A stretch of DNA of 64,000 bases from Ramazzottius varieornatus (GCA_001949185.1 BDGG01000014.1:961378-1025377); one strand, 5' to 3'. Positions 29,934 through 44,392 are shown, counted from the stretch's first letter. Translations and numbers: made by a program. The notes: generated from the sequence alone by a model not told the origin.

Positions 29934-32900
29934 ATGTCGCCCTCTTTACCTGACCATCAGAACGGCATTATTGCCCACTGTGTTTCTGTCACGGTCAATG
30001 GTGTCCACTACAGCGGTAAGCGACACCCAACACCAATCGAAACCGGTGTTTTTTTCCTCAGAACAAGTCTCCGCGCAATTAGACTGGGAAATCCTTCTTA
30101 TTATAGTACCAAATACGTACTCGGAGGTGTCCTTGAACGATTTCTTGCGCCATCACCTGCACCTGACTGGGACGAAGGTCACTTGTCGAGAAGGCGGCTG
30201 TGGAGTATGTACGGTCCACGTCAGCCTGCCGGATCCCGCTCAAACTGGCCACTTCCTTCAGCGCTCCCTCAACTCGGTACGTATGTACACTTCCACACGA
30301 TATATATTTATATGATACCTTTTGCGTCGATTGAGGACAAGGGTAATACGCTGGCTGTACTAGTGTCTATGCCCAATACTATCCTGCGATGGCTGGCAGA
30401 TCACCACAGTGGAAGGGATAGGTCATCAGGGCCAATCTCACCCCATCCAACAGGCCCTGACCGATCACTATGCTACACAATGTGGCTACTGCACACCGGG
30501 CTGGATCATGAACATGTACAGGTAGGCAAGAACAGCACAGCGATCTTTCACCGGCAATTTGACCTTCACATATTACAGTTTGCTCCGGAAAGAAAAAGGG
30601 AAGAGGCTGACCACACAGCAAATTGAGGACAACTTTGATGGCAATTTCTGCAGATGTACCGGTTAGTCGAGACAGTGCAGACCCTTTCCCTTGAGTCGTT
30701 ACGGAGCACTTCATGCCTGCTGACCGTTTAGGTTATCGTCCCATTCTTGACGCCTTCAAGACCTTTTCACGTGACGAAGAAAGCGGCCTTGGCATCTGTG
30801 ATGTGGAGGTAAAGTAGTTAGCTTACTTCATCGCATTTTTGTATCGTCGTCGATGTCACACCACATTTACACTTCTCTAACCAGTTTGCTATCAAAAAAC
30901 AATTCTGACTTTTGTAGGATGCTGATAAGAGTTATTGCAAGAAAAGCGGGAAGTCATGTGTCAAAGTATGCACGAGTTGGCCGTCGGCATTCATACCACA
31001 CGTGTCTGACTTGCCGCCAGAAGCTCAGCTACTGGCGCCAGCCTGGCACAAACCCACTTCGCTGGCGCAACTGTACAGACATGCAGAGCAGAAGGCCGGC
31101 AAGAATGTCTATTACGTGGTGGGCCATACTGGTAAGGGCCTTTTCGACGACGGGCCCTACGATGCCTATGTCGACCTCAAAGGTATTGCCCAGTTGTATA
31201 CTGTGACCAAGACGGACACGCTGCTGAGCGTGGGAGCCAACACCTCGCTGACAGACCTCATCGACATATTTGAGCGGCAAGCGGCAGCGCCGGGCTTTGC
31301 CTATCTCAATTCTCTCGTCTCCTTGATTGGCAAGACCGCCCACGTCGCTGTTCGAAACGTAAGAGAATGGAAAAAGATGCGGAGAAAATTTTTGTCCCAA
31401 GTGGCGCATCTTTTCGGTGTTGTTGGTTGGAAGGGTGCGCCACTTGCCAGTTCCTTCTTGTGAAGTTGTCAAGTGGCGCACGTTTCTATTGTCATCGACC
31501 AAGAGGCTGCGCCACTTAAGATAATGATCTTGTGGGCTTCTGTTGTTGGTCTTTCGTTGGGTGTTGTAGGTCGGATCATGGGCCGGAAATCTGGCCATGA
31601 AGAACCGCCACAAGGACTTTTCTTCCGACATCTTTGTGGCGTTCACCACCGCCAACGCAAAATTGCTGCTGGGACCGGATAATCAGCTGTGCTCGATGGA
31701 AGGCTTCCTTACTCTGGAACTGAGAGGGAAAGTTATTCTGCAAGTTGAACTGCCGGCATATTCGGACGACTTCGCCTTCCGCTTGTACAAAGTCATGCCC
31801 AGAGCTACGGTAGATTTTTGTCACTGATAGTTTCGCACAGCGTCAGCTTTAAATAATCGACGAAAGACTGACGTTGCAGAATGCTTACGCGTACTGCCAA
31901 GGCGGCTTCCGGGCGCTGGTCGACAAGCAAACAGCGGGGAAAGTCATCATGATGGTCACACCTGCTCTTGTCTTCGCCAACATTGCTCCGACCTTCGTAC
32001 GTTTAACCGGCTAAACTCCTTTAAAAAGGATCAAGACCTTCCGATAGCCGGACTCCGATCGCATAAATTATTTCATGCAGGTCCATGCGGAAGAAACGGA
32101 GAACTACCTAACAGGACAAGACATTGCCGACCCGCAGACACTGGCAACTGCCCTCGACATCCTAAACCACGAGCTTCAGCCCAGCCAGGACCTGGCCCAG
32201 TCGTCCGCTTTGTACCGTCGCTCTCTAGCTGTCTCGCTCTTCTACAAGTTTATTCTGCAGCTGGTTGGCGATCTGGCTGACATTCGCCTAAGGTCGGCTG
32301 TGGGTGCCATCGTCCGCCCTTTGTCGTCGGGAACGCAGTCCTTTGAGACCAAGGCAGAAAACTGGCCCGTCACCAAAGCCCTTCCCAAGCTGGAGTCCTT
32401 GGTTCAGTGCACCGGTGAAGCCAAATTTATCAGCGACATCGAGGAAGAACGAATGCTGCATGCTGCCTTTGCTCTATCCACCGAGGGTAGCGCCACCATC
32501 GCTGGAATCGACACTACAGTGGCATCGGTATGTTAGCTTTAATTGCCATACCATAATACGAGTAGCTGCACGATTGAAAATCGCCTGTTCCTATAAGAAG
32601 CTGATAAAACGACCGATAATGTCCCACGGAATGTAGAAATTCCCCGGCGTGATACGCATTGTGACGGCGAGCGAGATTCCTGGAAGAAATAGCCTGCAGA
32701 TCGGAACCGGCATCGAGGAGATGTTGGCGTCGGAGAAATGCTTGTACGCTGGACAACCGGTGGCTCTGGTGATCGCTGGTATGGAGCGCGCTTTTCTCAG
32801 TGTGAACTTGGGTGGCTGTCATTGATTGATTTTAGTGTCTAGTAATATTGCCGAAGAAGCGGCAAAGTTGGTGGTGATACACTACGCCGACGTCAAAAGT

Positions 32901-35831
32901 CCGATCTTGACTTGTGAGGAGGCTATTGGGGCAAATTCCTTCTTCGATCTGGGCCTGAAAGACCTGCTGGTCGGTGATGCAGAGTCCAGTATGGACAGTG
33001 CGCAAGTGGTGGTGGAAGGGCAATTTCACATGGGAGCTCAACAGCACTTTCATACCGAGACCATGGTAACCGTCAGCTATCCTACCGAAGACGGACTGGA
33101 CGTACAAGCAGGAACTCAGTTTGTCGACAACACACAGGCGGTCATCGCTCAAGCCTGTGGCCTTTCCAAAAACCAGTAAGGGCATTACGGACATACCTAT
33201 GTACACTGAACACATTCGACGAGTCGGCGAACATACGTGGAAGAATATTCCCCCAAAGTGACGCACGCTTGCCGCCTATAACACTCAGACTGTGCGCTGC
33301 TTGAGAACCTGACAAGATCGTTCCTTCAACTGGCGCACGCGTTGGTCAATAAATGCCAGAAACATGCGCCACTTTAGATAACAACTGTCTACATTTCGTT
33401 TGCCGACTACTGATATTTCCCTTGTCCTTCAGGGTGAACGTCAGTGTCAGAAGGAATGGTGGTGGTTTCGGCGCCAAAGAAGATCGCATCAACTTCGTGG
33501 CAGCGGCTTCGGCGGTGGGTGCTTACCTTCTTCGGCGACCTGTCAAGATGCACTTGAGCTTGTGGGATAACTTCAAGATTATGGGACGACGACCTCCATA
33601 TTACGTCAAGTATCGGGCTGCAACCGACGGGGAAGGCAAACTAGCTGCTGTCATCCTCGAAATCTACCTGGATGCAGGTAAGGAGGCCTTCTTGTATGCC
33701 TTGGCGAATCGATTTGTCTCGTGCAGGCCTGTCGGCAGTTACGGGATGTGTCTCCGTATAGGTTGCACTCTGATGCACGGGAACGAACGAATTCTCAGTG
33801 GACTTCCGGTCTTTCTCAACAACGGTAGACGACCTACCACTGTGTTTGGCCAGTGGAAAAGTAAATGATTTACTGCATTTCTTCCGTAGTCTACAATGTG
33901 CCCGCCTGGAAAATCACCCGCTTTGCCTGCAAAACCAACACCCCGGCCAATACCTTCTTCCGCGGCCCAAGTCAGTACTTGATTGATTGATTTTTTTCCC
34001 GGTTCCTCCTCACCTTCTAACTGGCAGCCTTTCGGTTACAGTGAGTACCGAGGCAGTCTACATGATGGAGTACATCATGGAGCACATCGCTCATCACCTC
34101 CATAAGTCACCCATTGACATCCGACAGCTCAACTTCCTCAAAGAAGGTGATACTGTACTGATGGGCACAAAAGTCACCGGGTGTGGAGTACAGCCTGTCT
34201 TGGACCAGCTGCTGCAGTCTGCAGACTACCAATCAAGGGTGGAAGCCATTCAGAGATTCAACAAAGCCCACCGTTGGAGGAAACGAGGGATAGCCATCGT
34301 TCCAATGCGCTTCCCTGTCCACTTCTATCCGGGTGACGTACTGCACTGGAATGGCGGTTTCACTTGTATGATGGCCGTATATCACGGAGACGCCTCCATC
34401 GCCGTAACACATGGTGGCATCGAGCTAGGTCAAGGGATAAACACCAAGGTACATTCGACAGTAACCCCCAAAGTGTCAACGCTCACAGCCTCGTGGTTGA
34501 TATATTGCTCAAGTGTTCTAATTGCTGCTACAGATAGTCCAGGTTGTAGCGCGAGAACTAGGCGTCAGCATGGATCTGGTACGAGTGAAACCGACCAACA
34601 CCATGACCTCTGCAAACGCCAGAGCCACCTTAGCCAGCTTGACCAGCGAACTAACCTGTCTTGTAAGTCCTGGCCCTTACCTGTAGGCGCACGACGAGAA
34701 ATTATCAGCCAGTACAAATTATGGGCCAGGCCTTTTCGCTACGGCGCTGCGGAAGAACGTGCGTACGCGACCGCCTCACAGTAATACACTTTTCGATGTT
34801 TGAATGTCCATTTTGCCGTTATTTCCGCCTGGTCCATGATCTTTCGTCGTGCGTGTACCCTTAATGGGAAGACCGACCGTGAATCAGCTCTTTTACCTCA
34901 CTGACATTTCAGGCTGCCATCGAATGTTGCAAACAGTTAAATGATCGTCTGCGACCGGTCAAGGAGGCGCATCCGAAGGGCAACTGGGAAAGCACGGTGG
35001 AACAAGCGTACAAAGACGGCCTGGATCTTTCGGCCCGCGCATGGTAAGGTCGGCCAGTGGCGCAAAACAGTCTAAGCGACAGTGAGCGATTTTTGTTTGA
35101 CCTTCCACAGGTACAATCCACGATCGAAACGGGAAGTGTACAGTACCTACTGCGCAATGTGCAGCGAGGTGGAAGTGGACATACTCACCGGACAATACCA
35201 GATAGCCCGTCTGGACTGTCTCTACGATTGTGGTGAAAGCATATCACCCTATATTGGTAATGTCCATTTATATTGTCCTTCCATAGCGCGTGACAGTGGG
35301 ACTGGGTCATAAAGTTGACAATCGGTAGATATTGGACAAGTGGAAGGTGCCATCGTGATGGGACTGGGTTACTTCACCTCGGAGGAAATTGTCTATGATG
35401 CACAGAACGGGCAGAATATGACGGCGGGGACGTTGAGGTATAAACCACCCTTTGCCAAGGATATTCCCGTCGACTTTCGTGTTTCGCTGCTGAAGAACGC
35501 ACCCAACCCAAGCGGCGTGCTGCGTAGCAAGCTTGTACAAGAGCCGCCACTGTGCGCCACCTCCAGTGTGGTCTTTGCCTTAGCGCAGGCTATTCAAGCG
35601 GCTCGAGATGAAGGAAACGCCGACCGTTCGTGGTGGCAGAAAGGTAGGTGGGGTGCATCATTCTGTTTCTGACGTTGCCAATTCATAGCTGTCTTCACAG
35701 ACATCCCCATGACCGTTGAGAAAGTGCAGCGCTACTGTCAAACCGACATTTCCCAAATGCTGGTCAGGACTGGCAGCGACAAAGCTACCTGCGCCTTTAC
35801 GCTTTTACACTCAGCGCTGCCTCACCGATGA
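29934..35831 (+). CDS. Xanthine dehydrogenase/aldehyde oxidase family molybdo-flavoenzyme (many exons)
   Basis: GTKVTCREGGCGVC, QCGYCTPG, GNFCRCTGYRPILDAF, GGGFGAKE, HGGIELGQGINTK, DIGQVEGAIVMGLG and SKLVQEPP. Confidence 0.95.
31378..31550. repeat. Family A element (2 units), XDH/AOX intron
   Basis: aagtggcgcat-N25-gtgcgccactt plus a second pair. Confidence 0.8.
33222..33406. repeat. Family A element (2 units), XDH/AOX intron
   Basis: aagtgacgcac...gtgcgctgctt and aactggcgcac...atgcgccactt. Confidence 0.75.
34686..34855. mobile_element. MITE family C copy in XDH/AOX intron
   Basis: Same TIR and internal sequence as 28964-29166, inverted. Confidence 0.8.
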
Positions 35832-36029
35832 ACTTGAGCAGGACTAGTGTCATTGCGGTGTCGGTCCAAAGACGTCTCAATTGCTCATCTGGCCCAAGAT
35901 AACATAAGAAAGCATGATTTTAACTGGATCACTCAGCAGCTGAATCTGGCCAAAGTTGTCCGCATAATTATAGTACTTTTGCCCTCCGTCGGCTGCGGGC
36001 AGTGCGCAGAGATTATGTTATATATGGTA

Positions 36030-36522
36030 CACGCACGACGAGATATTTCGGGCTAGTAAAAATTACGGACCAGGCCATTTCGCTACGGCGGCACGGGCAG
36101 GTGATTCTTGCTACAAGTAAACACCAGCATCGAAAGCTGCACTGGTGTAAGTACGTGCTGGACATTGGGCCGAGGAGCTAAAACGTGTCATATTGATACT
36201 TATTGTGTGGTATCTTCGACATGACGTAGGACGGTGCTGCGCGGAAGTTTGAAGACTGGAGCTGCTTCGCGCAATGCCATTCCGTTCTCGATAGCCGATA
36301 GAGCACCCTTCAGGGCCTCTTTGGTGTATCGTCGATTCTCCGAGAGAGAGTTGAATAGCTATACACAGTGAAACAGCTGATCATCTGACGGCCACTGTCC
36401 ATGACAATTTTCTATGGTCGAATTTTACAGCATTAAGTCATTTGTCCAATTTCTGTTTCTGACTTCCATACAAATTGTAGATTTGCCGTCTTTTACTGGC
36501 CCGAAATATCTCGCCGTGCGTG
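36030..36522. mobile_element. MITE family C copy with ~300 bp extra internal sequence
   Basis: cacgcacgacgagatatttcgggc is inverted relative to gcccgaaatatctcgccgtgcgtg. Confidence 0.75.
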
Positions 36523-36885
36523 TATAGGTTTGATAACACCAGCGGTATTACGCAAAAGCAAATCCGCTGGTATGGACAATGTACTTCATATTCCAGCATT
36601 TACCTCTATACTGAACCTCGGTCGCGGTCAGAACGGTGAGTTACAGTAACGAAGATCGTAACGACGAGTTTCACTGCAACTGAAGTTTTTATTCTAAGAA
36701 TTATGTAACGGGTAGAAAGCACACAAACGCATCACAGCGAAGTCAGGTCCGGTTGAGCGCGAAAAGCTGCTCAACTTTAGCAACTAATGGGAAGGCGAGT
36801 AAATCATCACGGCGGCTCAAGCGAGGCTGACACTGTTTCACAGATTTCTGGCACGTATGTTCCAACTGGTCCATAGCTTAATGTG

Positions 36886-37076
36886 AACGCATGATGGGTA
36901 AGTATGGAACAGTAAAAATTATAGGACAGGCCTTTTCCGCTGCGGCGTTGCGTATGGACGTGACCGCTTCACAGTGATTCACTTTTCGACACTTCTCTAC
37001 GGTTGAATGTCCATTTTGCCGTCTTTTCCGCCTGGTCCCATAATTTTTACTGTCCCATAATTACCCATCGTACGTG
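36886..37076. mobile_element. MITE family C copy
   Basis: Shared core aatgtccattttgccgtcttttccgcctggtccataattttt. Confidence 0.8.
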
Positions 37077-37552
37077 TACTGCTTTTGTTGCCGAAGTTCA
37101 GTCCTACCATTGCGGTCCTCAACGGTGGGGGCTTACATGTGGAAAAGTGTGTCGCCACACTACCGATAAACGATAAAAACAACACAGTATGGACCTTATC
37201 GTTCAAGAAGCCATTGCATCTGATAAAAACGTGTGAGTGCTCCGTTCAATTCCAGGCGCCTGCGGGGTAATTGCGGGTACCGCATGCTATAAGGTTATGC
37301 CGGGAAGGGGTCCGCGAAGGACAAAGGCACGGTCAGCGTTCCAAAAACATTTTGTCGATATCTGGTTGCAGTGACTAATCAGCAAGACTCTACAGTAGGT
37401 CGATGATTTTATCGACAGCAAAGCGGAAAGGCGGTGTGTTCGAGTAATTCCATCTGATGGCTGTGTAACTGCTGTGGTGGACAGTGGGTCGCCCACGCAG
37501 TTTCCAGCGACTGGCCAATTTCGGTGCATAGCTACGTAACTGAAACTGCACA

Positions 37553-39491
37553 ATGAACATTCTGCCGGACATTCTACCCTGGTATACCTCGATAGCTTTC
37601 CTCGTCTTCCTGACGCTGGGCTATTACTGGAAGAATCATCACGGTACCCCTGATGGGCCTCGAGGTGCGGTGTGTTGGCAGAAAGGGCGGCATCATTGTT
37701 TCAAGACGACCCGTTGTCACATCCTCGCTATATTTGCCCCATCACACTGCGTGCTTTTCCTTTGCAGGTGTACCCCTGCTGGGTTTCGCCCCCTTCTTCG
37801 GCCCCAGTTCACAGGACACATTCCTGTCGATGAAGGAGGAATATGGCAAGATCTTCAGCATCCGAGCTGTCCATTGTACTCAACGACTGTGAAGCCATCA
37901 AAGCGGCATTCGTCACTCAAGCCGACGACTTTATCGGGCGCGATGCTGGCTTTGTTTTAAGGCCATCTCAACCGGTGAAGATGGCAAAATTCGAGGCAAG
38001 ATTTTGTGCCTTCGTCCTTGATCGATGGCTCACTAAAGGCTCCAACTTTCTTGAGCAGGACTTGCCATGTTGGAAGGAGAGAGGTGGAAGAATAGCCGGC
38101 GCTTCATGCTGAAGACCTTCAGGAATCTGGGTAACGCCAGCGTACCTCTGCCTTTTCTGTCATCGGTCCTGTGCGGCAAAATAGTCTTTCCAGGCATGGG
38201 AAAGGCTGGTATTCAAGATCGTATTTTGCACGAGGCCGAGTTGCTGACCGATACTCTACGCAAAAGCAACGGCGAAGCTTACGATCCTTTCTCAGCCTTA
38301 TCGGCCAGTGTGGCCAACGTCATCTGTACCTTGTGCTGGAACAAGCGCTACGAGGCTGATGATGTCGTCTTCCGCCACATTCTGGCCAGGTTGCACAGTA
38401 CTTCGGCCTACCTGGTACAAGCTGGTCCGCTACTCGCCTACCCCAGTACGACCCAACCATTCCTTTCGGAAAATGATCATCGTTTCTTTTTACATAAGCA
38501 TGTAGTGTTTCGAAGGCTTAAGATTCGTGCCGGGAAAGTTCAAACGTGGATGGGGTCAATTTATGCAAGCCATAGACGATATCCGAGCTTACCTCAAAGT
38601 CATCACTGAAGAGCATCTGAAGGAATATAAGGATGACGAGCCACAAAGTTTTATCGAAGCCTTTATCAAGCAGCAAAAATTAGTCGGTACCAAAGGAGAA
38701 GATAACGTCTTTCAAGGCTGGGCTGATGAAAACGTGCCAGCGGACATGACCGGAAACCATCAAGTTTCACTAATTGTAAGCGTTTTCAGACCAAGATTTG
38801 CAGACCAACCTACGGGCAGTTTTAGATGCCGGTACTGAAACGACGACCGTCACCTTGGCTTGGACCATGCTCTACATGGCGCACTATCGGCAAATCCAGA
38901 ACAAAATACAGCAGGAAATTGATGGCGTAGTCGATGCCAGCAGATCCGTTACTGTCGATGACCGACGTACGTCAGACTTGTCTTCCGACAGTAATTGGTC
39001 TTTGAATGAGGCGGTCTGTCGGGAAATCCAGCGTTGCGCCAATGCATCACCTTTTGGTATATCCCACTCCAACCCGCAAGAAACGACGCTGATGGGTTAC
39101 CGTACCCCCAAGCGTTGCGTCATCATGGCCAACTATTTGGCCGTCAACCGAGATCCCAAGTTGTGGAAGGACCCCATGGCCTTTCGACCTGAGCTCTTCT
39201 TGGACCAGAAGGGGAAGGTCTTTGAGCCGCCCCATTTCATGCCTTTTTCCATCGGTACTGGGCTAGTCTAGCTCTCAACAACCTAGCCTGTCAGATGTGG
39301 ATACTTATTACCACATGTCCTTCTATACTGCAGGAAAGCGAGCGTCTGCCGGCGAAGTATTGGCTCGCATGGAGATCTTCCTCTTCTTCGCCAATGTCTT
39401 ACAACGCTTTGATGTCTGCCCGCCCCAAGACCTGCCATTGTCCTGGGTGGATTCCTATGAAACTGGTATCGCCTGTCGACCGAAGCATTAA
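37553..39491 (+). pseudogene. Cytochrome P450 (CYP2 clan), probable pseudogene
   Basis: AGTETT, EIQR and FRPELF motifs present. Frameshift at ~37864 (IFSIR / ELSIVLND), apparent loss of an intron acceptor near 38970-39000, and heme motif FSIGKRASAG with Cys replaced by Ser (TCT 39345-39347). Confidence 0.85.
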
Positions 39492-40054
39492 AAGCTCTGT
39501 TTTCGATCAAGAGTATCGCAACACTAAGTTAGTCTTAGCGCAAAGTGAAAATTCAACCGATTGCTCATGGATCAACTTGTGTAATGCGTTCGAACAATGT
39601 TTTTTTCCAGAGCTCGTGTTAACTTTGGAAGGCATTCAGAGGGTCTAAAAAAAGCCGATGATCGATGGCAACAATATAGCGAACTGTTTCTCTAATAAAT
39701 GATATATTGGTTGATATCAATCTTATGACCGATTAACTGAATTAACGATGCATCGATGCTCTGAGAAATGGATTTCATGGTTACTTGATGATCTGAGTCG
39801 GCTTAAAGAGAGCTGGCATTTCGCCCTGACGATATTCCGAATTTTTGGTACAGTACCCTGCTAAAGCAAGAAGCAAGCAAGAAGCCTGGCTGCGTCCATT
39901 TTTACCCATCAGTTCACCCTTCACCCCACGTTTTTCTTCTTCTTCGGCTCGGACGTACAGTTTTGAGTACGAGTCCTGTACGTATGAGTATCTCTGTAAC
40001 TTAGTGTGGACCTGGGCCCTATTGTAGGTGTGGGCTTATGCCATGTGCAGAGTA

Positions 40055-40251
40055 CACACACGCCGAGGAAGTTTGGGCCAGTAAAAAGTATGGGCCAGAC
40101 GGAAATAACGGCAAAGCCAAAATTCAATCGTAGAAAATTATCGGGAAGTGCATTACAGCCAATTAGTCGCGTGCGTACGTACTTCCGTGCCGCTGTTTCG
40201 GCATCGCCTGGCCCAAACTTTTCAAAGGCCCAAACTTCATCGGCGTGCGTG
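40055..40251. mobile_element. MITE family C copy
   Basis: TA-flanked CACRCACGCCGA TIRs. Confidence 0.8.
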
Positions 40252-41055
40252 TACATCACTGTATATCCAGTGGGCGATCAAGAAGTTTCGCTCGTCCGGG
40301 TCCCGGCCGTGTGGGTGCCAAGCCCCTTTACTGTTACCGATTCTAGATTTTCATACACGTATGATAGATATCCGAATACAAAGCAGGAAAATTAATGGCG
40401 GGAAGGCTGGGCTGTCACGACAAAGCAGTTGTACTGGGCAATGCTGGGCTCCAGGAACAACTTCGCCGTCACAACAAAAAGTCAACAATGTTATTCAGCG
40501 GCAGTGCCAAACTTTCTAAAACTACCGGCTCCGGCTGCCATAGCTCATAGTCTGACTGCAGCGCTGGGAGGTCGCAGGGCGGAGCGCCGAAGCTACAGTG
40601 TTGCAGTCAGCTGTTCGAGAAAGTTCTTGAGCGATTGCGATAACCCTCCGACTTCGACATGTCAGCATGACTTGAATTTGGATGACGTCATTTTTGCACA
40701 ATTCCGCCGATTAAACTCGTCGAAAAATCTTGGAATAATGACAACAGTGACGTTTCAATTGTTGAGTCACGCCACATGGCAAAGTCAGAGGACGGTCCGC
40801 AGTCTCTCCAGTCTTTGTTCACAAAAGCTCGTAGCTAGTCAATATTGTTTTAATTTGAATAATTTTTCTCGCTCGCAGAGCGCCGAAGTCAATTTATTTA
40901 TCTCTTCACTTTGTTTGTCGGAAGTTTTTTCTCTCAGTTCTTATTTCTAGAAGTTCGATTGTCAAGACTTAAGAGTACTTCTAGAGCTGAAAAGTGTGTT
41001 TGACTCGTCGAAAGTGTTCATCAGTATTCCGTTGCCACCGTTCTACATAATCTGA

Positions 41056-44000
41056 ATGATTAAGCGGAGAATGCTTGACAAATCAAAATTATCAACTGCT
41101 GATGGTGTTGAGACCAGTTGTTCAGGGCAAGACGATGCCCATTCCGGACCCGCGGAAGACTCAGCGCCGAGCACATCGGCCACGCACGGAAGCATCAAGC
41201 GACCGATCTTTGGCGAGTGTGACCGGAATATCCTTGCGAGCTCCCCTGTTGTTCTCGATCGTAGCCTTGGCACTGTCCAGAAATCGGCCAAGGTGTCATG
41301 GAAAACTAATGCCTCGCCTGATGATGATCCTCAGTACTCTGACGATGCAAGGTAGGCTGACAAGTTCTGGGTTTATAAAAAGGGAGAATGGCAAGCATTG
41401 TGGTATGTCCGACCAACACCTGTATACTCCGAGCTGCATCTTCAGCCGTTCACTCTTGTGTGCAGGTGCGAGACAGACAGATGCCAGTCTGGAAATGTCG
41501 GTCGCCCACCTGCATACAACTATTTCTAGATGTTGCCAGGTGCTTGTGTATACAGGTGTGCGACTCCTTGATATGTTCTGGAGATTTCTTGAATCGATCT
41601 GCTTTTCTCTAATTTCTGTGAGTACTGTTGACTTCCGCTAGTCAATGTCTACATTCTTGATATTCAAACTATGTTTTGCTTGCAGGTTACTGCTGCCTCT
41701 CACCACAACCATACCGGCCAAATATAATGGGATGGAACTGGTGATTGAACGGCAACCTGAGAGACATCACAGAGGTACACAACGCACCTGCATTCATACT
41801 TATACCGCATTACGATATTCGTATTCATCGGCTTTGCTATTTAATTCCTGACTGCATTGGGTCCTATTGTCAACCTGCGCGGATTCAGGGCTAAAGACGT
41901 GAAAGAAGAGAAGAACGACGACTTTGTGAGGTTTTCATGTGCTATTCCTTTCTTACATAACTATACTGAGGTCCAGGCTTGAACCTCGACACTGTGTACC
42001 CACGATAGCTGATTGATGTGGTTTTTCTCTTCCAATATTTAGCTCGTTATCAGAAGGAAGGAAGTCGCGGATGCATTCGGGACGAGAGCGGAAATTCATG
42101 TCCGGCTGTACGGGTAAGATTTCATTCAAACATACCTTTTTTCCTACGCTAACTGATAACAGGACCGTACAGGGTACGACCCTGTCCAATGTTTTGTAGA
42201 AGATTCGTAGAAAAACGGCCAACTGAGTTAAACACCTTCCACATCTCTGTTGGAGATTTTCGTTAACATGCCGTAGAAAAGTGGTGAAAAGAGCTGGAAA
42301 ACTTAGTGAATCTCCTCTGAGCTTTGGCCCAACCTGTAAGGAATTTCACTGAACATGGCCTTAGGGTTTTTTTTCAGTTGAAAGGGATCGAACATGCCAG
42401 CCTTCTTCAAATCTTCGTGGCGACAGAAAGTGGGAAGGTTTGCCCGCATCCGATGTACCGACTATGCAAAGCCGGCGGAAATAACTCCACGCCTTGCCGC
42501 CATCGAACCATTGACGGTATCGACGTCCTTGAGATTGACATCAATCCAGAACAGAAAGGATTCGTCACGTAAGAAATTTTATATGAGGTGGGCGGCCTGA
42601 GCAAACAAACTCGACCACAGTGGTTCTTTTCAAGTGGCGCACGTATTCAGCGTTCGTGGCCATAGCGTGCGCCACTTGGTAAACCGATCATGGCGAGTTT
42701 TCAAGTGGCGCACGCTTTCTGGGGTTTTGGCCGAGGAGGTGCGCCACTTGGGAGTATTCTGGTCGAATTAGCTCTCCGGTGCCCAAGTTTGCTATTTCAA
42801 CTTTGGAAATTTTGAGTGGTGAGGAAGAACTTGGATTTTAGTGTGGATTGCATGGCTATCATCAAACTGCGCAATGCCGACCTGGAAGCGTCCGGACAAG
42901 TCGAAGGTGGCGGTGGAGGTGGTCGCAAGAAGCGTCAATCGGGTGTGCGGCTGGTCTTCCGCGCCATCACGCGATGTGGCAAATCACAGGCGGCGCTGAC
43001 GTTGCAGGTCTGCTCCACACCCGTTTCTTGTGGTAAGTAAGATACATTTTATACAGTCGTGTAGAGATCATTGATTTTCTGACGTGTCTCTTGTCTACTG
43101 TAGCTCCCCTGCCCGGTGTACCGGAAATACACCGCCTTTCCCACCAGGAAAGTCCCGCTTCCGGTGGATTGGGTCTGATTATCCTGGGCAGGAATTTCCT
43201 GAAGAACGACACCAGGATGTTTGTGCAAGAAGTGAGCGATAAAAGTACGTCTCCAACACAAGGTAATATTGTAATGTCTTAACTTCCATATGGACATTTG
43301 GCAGTTATTTGTAGACGCGGAAGAAGTCATCTGGCAGCGAGAAGTCACACTGGAACGGGAACTTTTTCATGTTGCTCACATGGTAAGATGACTGTAGTTC
43401 GGTCTTATAACATAGGCCAAGCGTGGGTTTTTCGCCACGATAATCCAATGCTGTTCTCAGGTTGCGGTCATTCCACCCTACCACAAGTTGCTCATAACGC
43501 AGCCTGTCACCGTTCAAATTATCGTCCAGAATAGAGCCAAAGTTAGCGAACCGCACCCCTTCACTTACGTTCCTGGTAAGAAATGAATTCTCCGATCAAT
43601 CTACAGCTCGGTAAGGAAACTGGCCCAGATCGTTTCCTAAGTGGCGCACGCTTCCAGCCAAAAACATGGATAACGCGCGCCACTTGACAGCTCAAAAGAT
43701 CACTTTGCCAGCTGGCGCACGCTTCCAGCCGATACGACTGGGAATATGCGCCGCTCGTCGAAGGGCTTCGGTGGACCTCGTTTGCCGAGCTCCGTCTTGG
43801 GGTGTGAGTTGGTCCAGACTGATGCGTGTTTTCTTTTCGTTTGCCAGATGAAGCAGTCAAACGATTATTGCAACACAGGCCCGTCTCCCATCTGTCCAGT
43901 GTGCCCGAACAGCCGGAGGCCGTCTCTGCAGGCAACCGAAGCTTGGCGGAAGTGCGTCCGCGTTGCAGCACCATTGGCTCCTTCCCCGACTATGCCATGG

Positions 44001-44392
44001 CCAGTCAGGATGGCAATAGGCTGTGGGATAGCGGTAGTAGCATGGAGCAAATCAGTTATAGCCAACAGACAACGACGGGCGACCAGCCCATTTTCCTCAC
44101 CATACCTAGCACGACCGCCTCACCGGCACAGTGTCAGAATGACATGGTAAATGGCAGTCAGCTCGTCATTACTTATGACGATATGGCAGCCAGTACTTCG
44201 GCCTATTATCCAGCCAGCCATCAAGCTGGTCCAGACTTTTTGCAGAGTGTGGAGCAGAACGAGCTGGGCTCGATCGATGTCAGCCAGTTGATGGAGGAGG
44301 CTCCGTTGAGCGCGGCGCAGGCGGCCTTTACCTCCGATGAGCTCTTCGATGAGCTGGTCAAAGAAATCATGGACTGGAAAAGGGACTGCTAA
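41056..44392 (+). CDS. NFAT5: NFAT5-like Rel-homology transcription factor
   Basis: QPERHHRARYQKEGSRG, VCPHPMYRLCKAGG, VDCMAIIKLRNADLE, RLVFR and PGVPEIHRLS...GRNFLK (RHD + IPT). The start codon is uncertain. Confidence 0.85.
41416..41559. repeat. Family G array: 2 units, NFAT5 intron
   Basis: ACACCTGTATAC-N30-GTGTGCAGGTGC and CCACCTGCATAC-N30-GTATACAGGTGT. Confidence 0.75.
42595..42785. repeat. Family A element (2 units), NFAT5 intron
   Basis: Two exact AAGTGGCGCAC/GTGCGCCACTT pairs with 24 and 25 nt spacers. Confidence 0.9.
43603..43791. repeat. Family A element (2 units), NFAT5 intron
   Basis: aagtggcgcac-N25-gcgcgccactt; right arm gtttgccgagctc. Confidence 0.8.

Noticed and set aside
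42570-42841. Introner (intron-generating element) interpretation of family A
   Set aside because: The elements lie inside introns, tens of nt from the splice sites, and do not supply the GT or AG.
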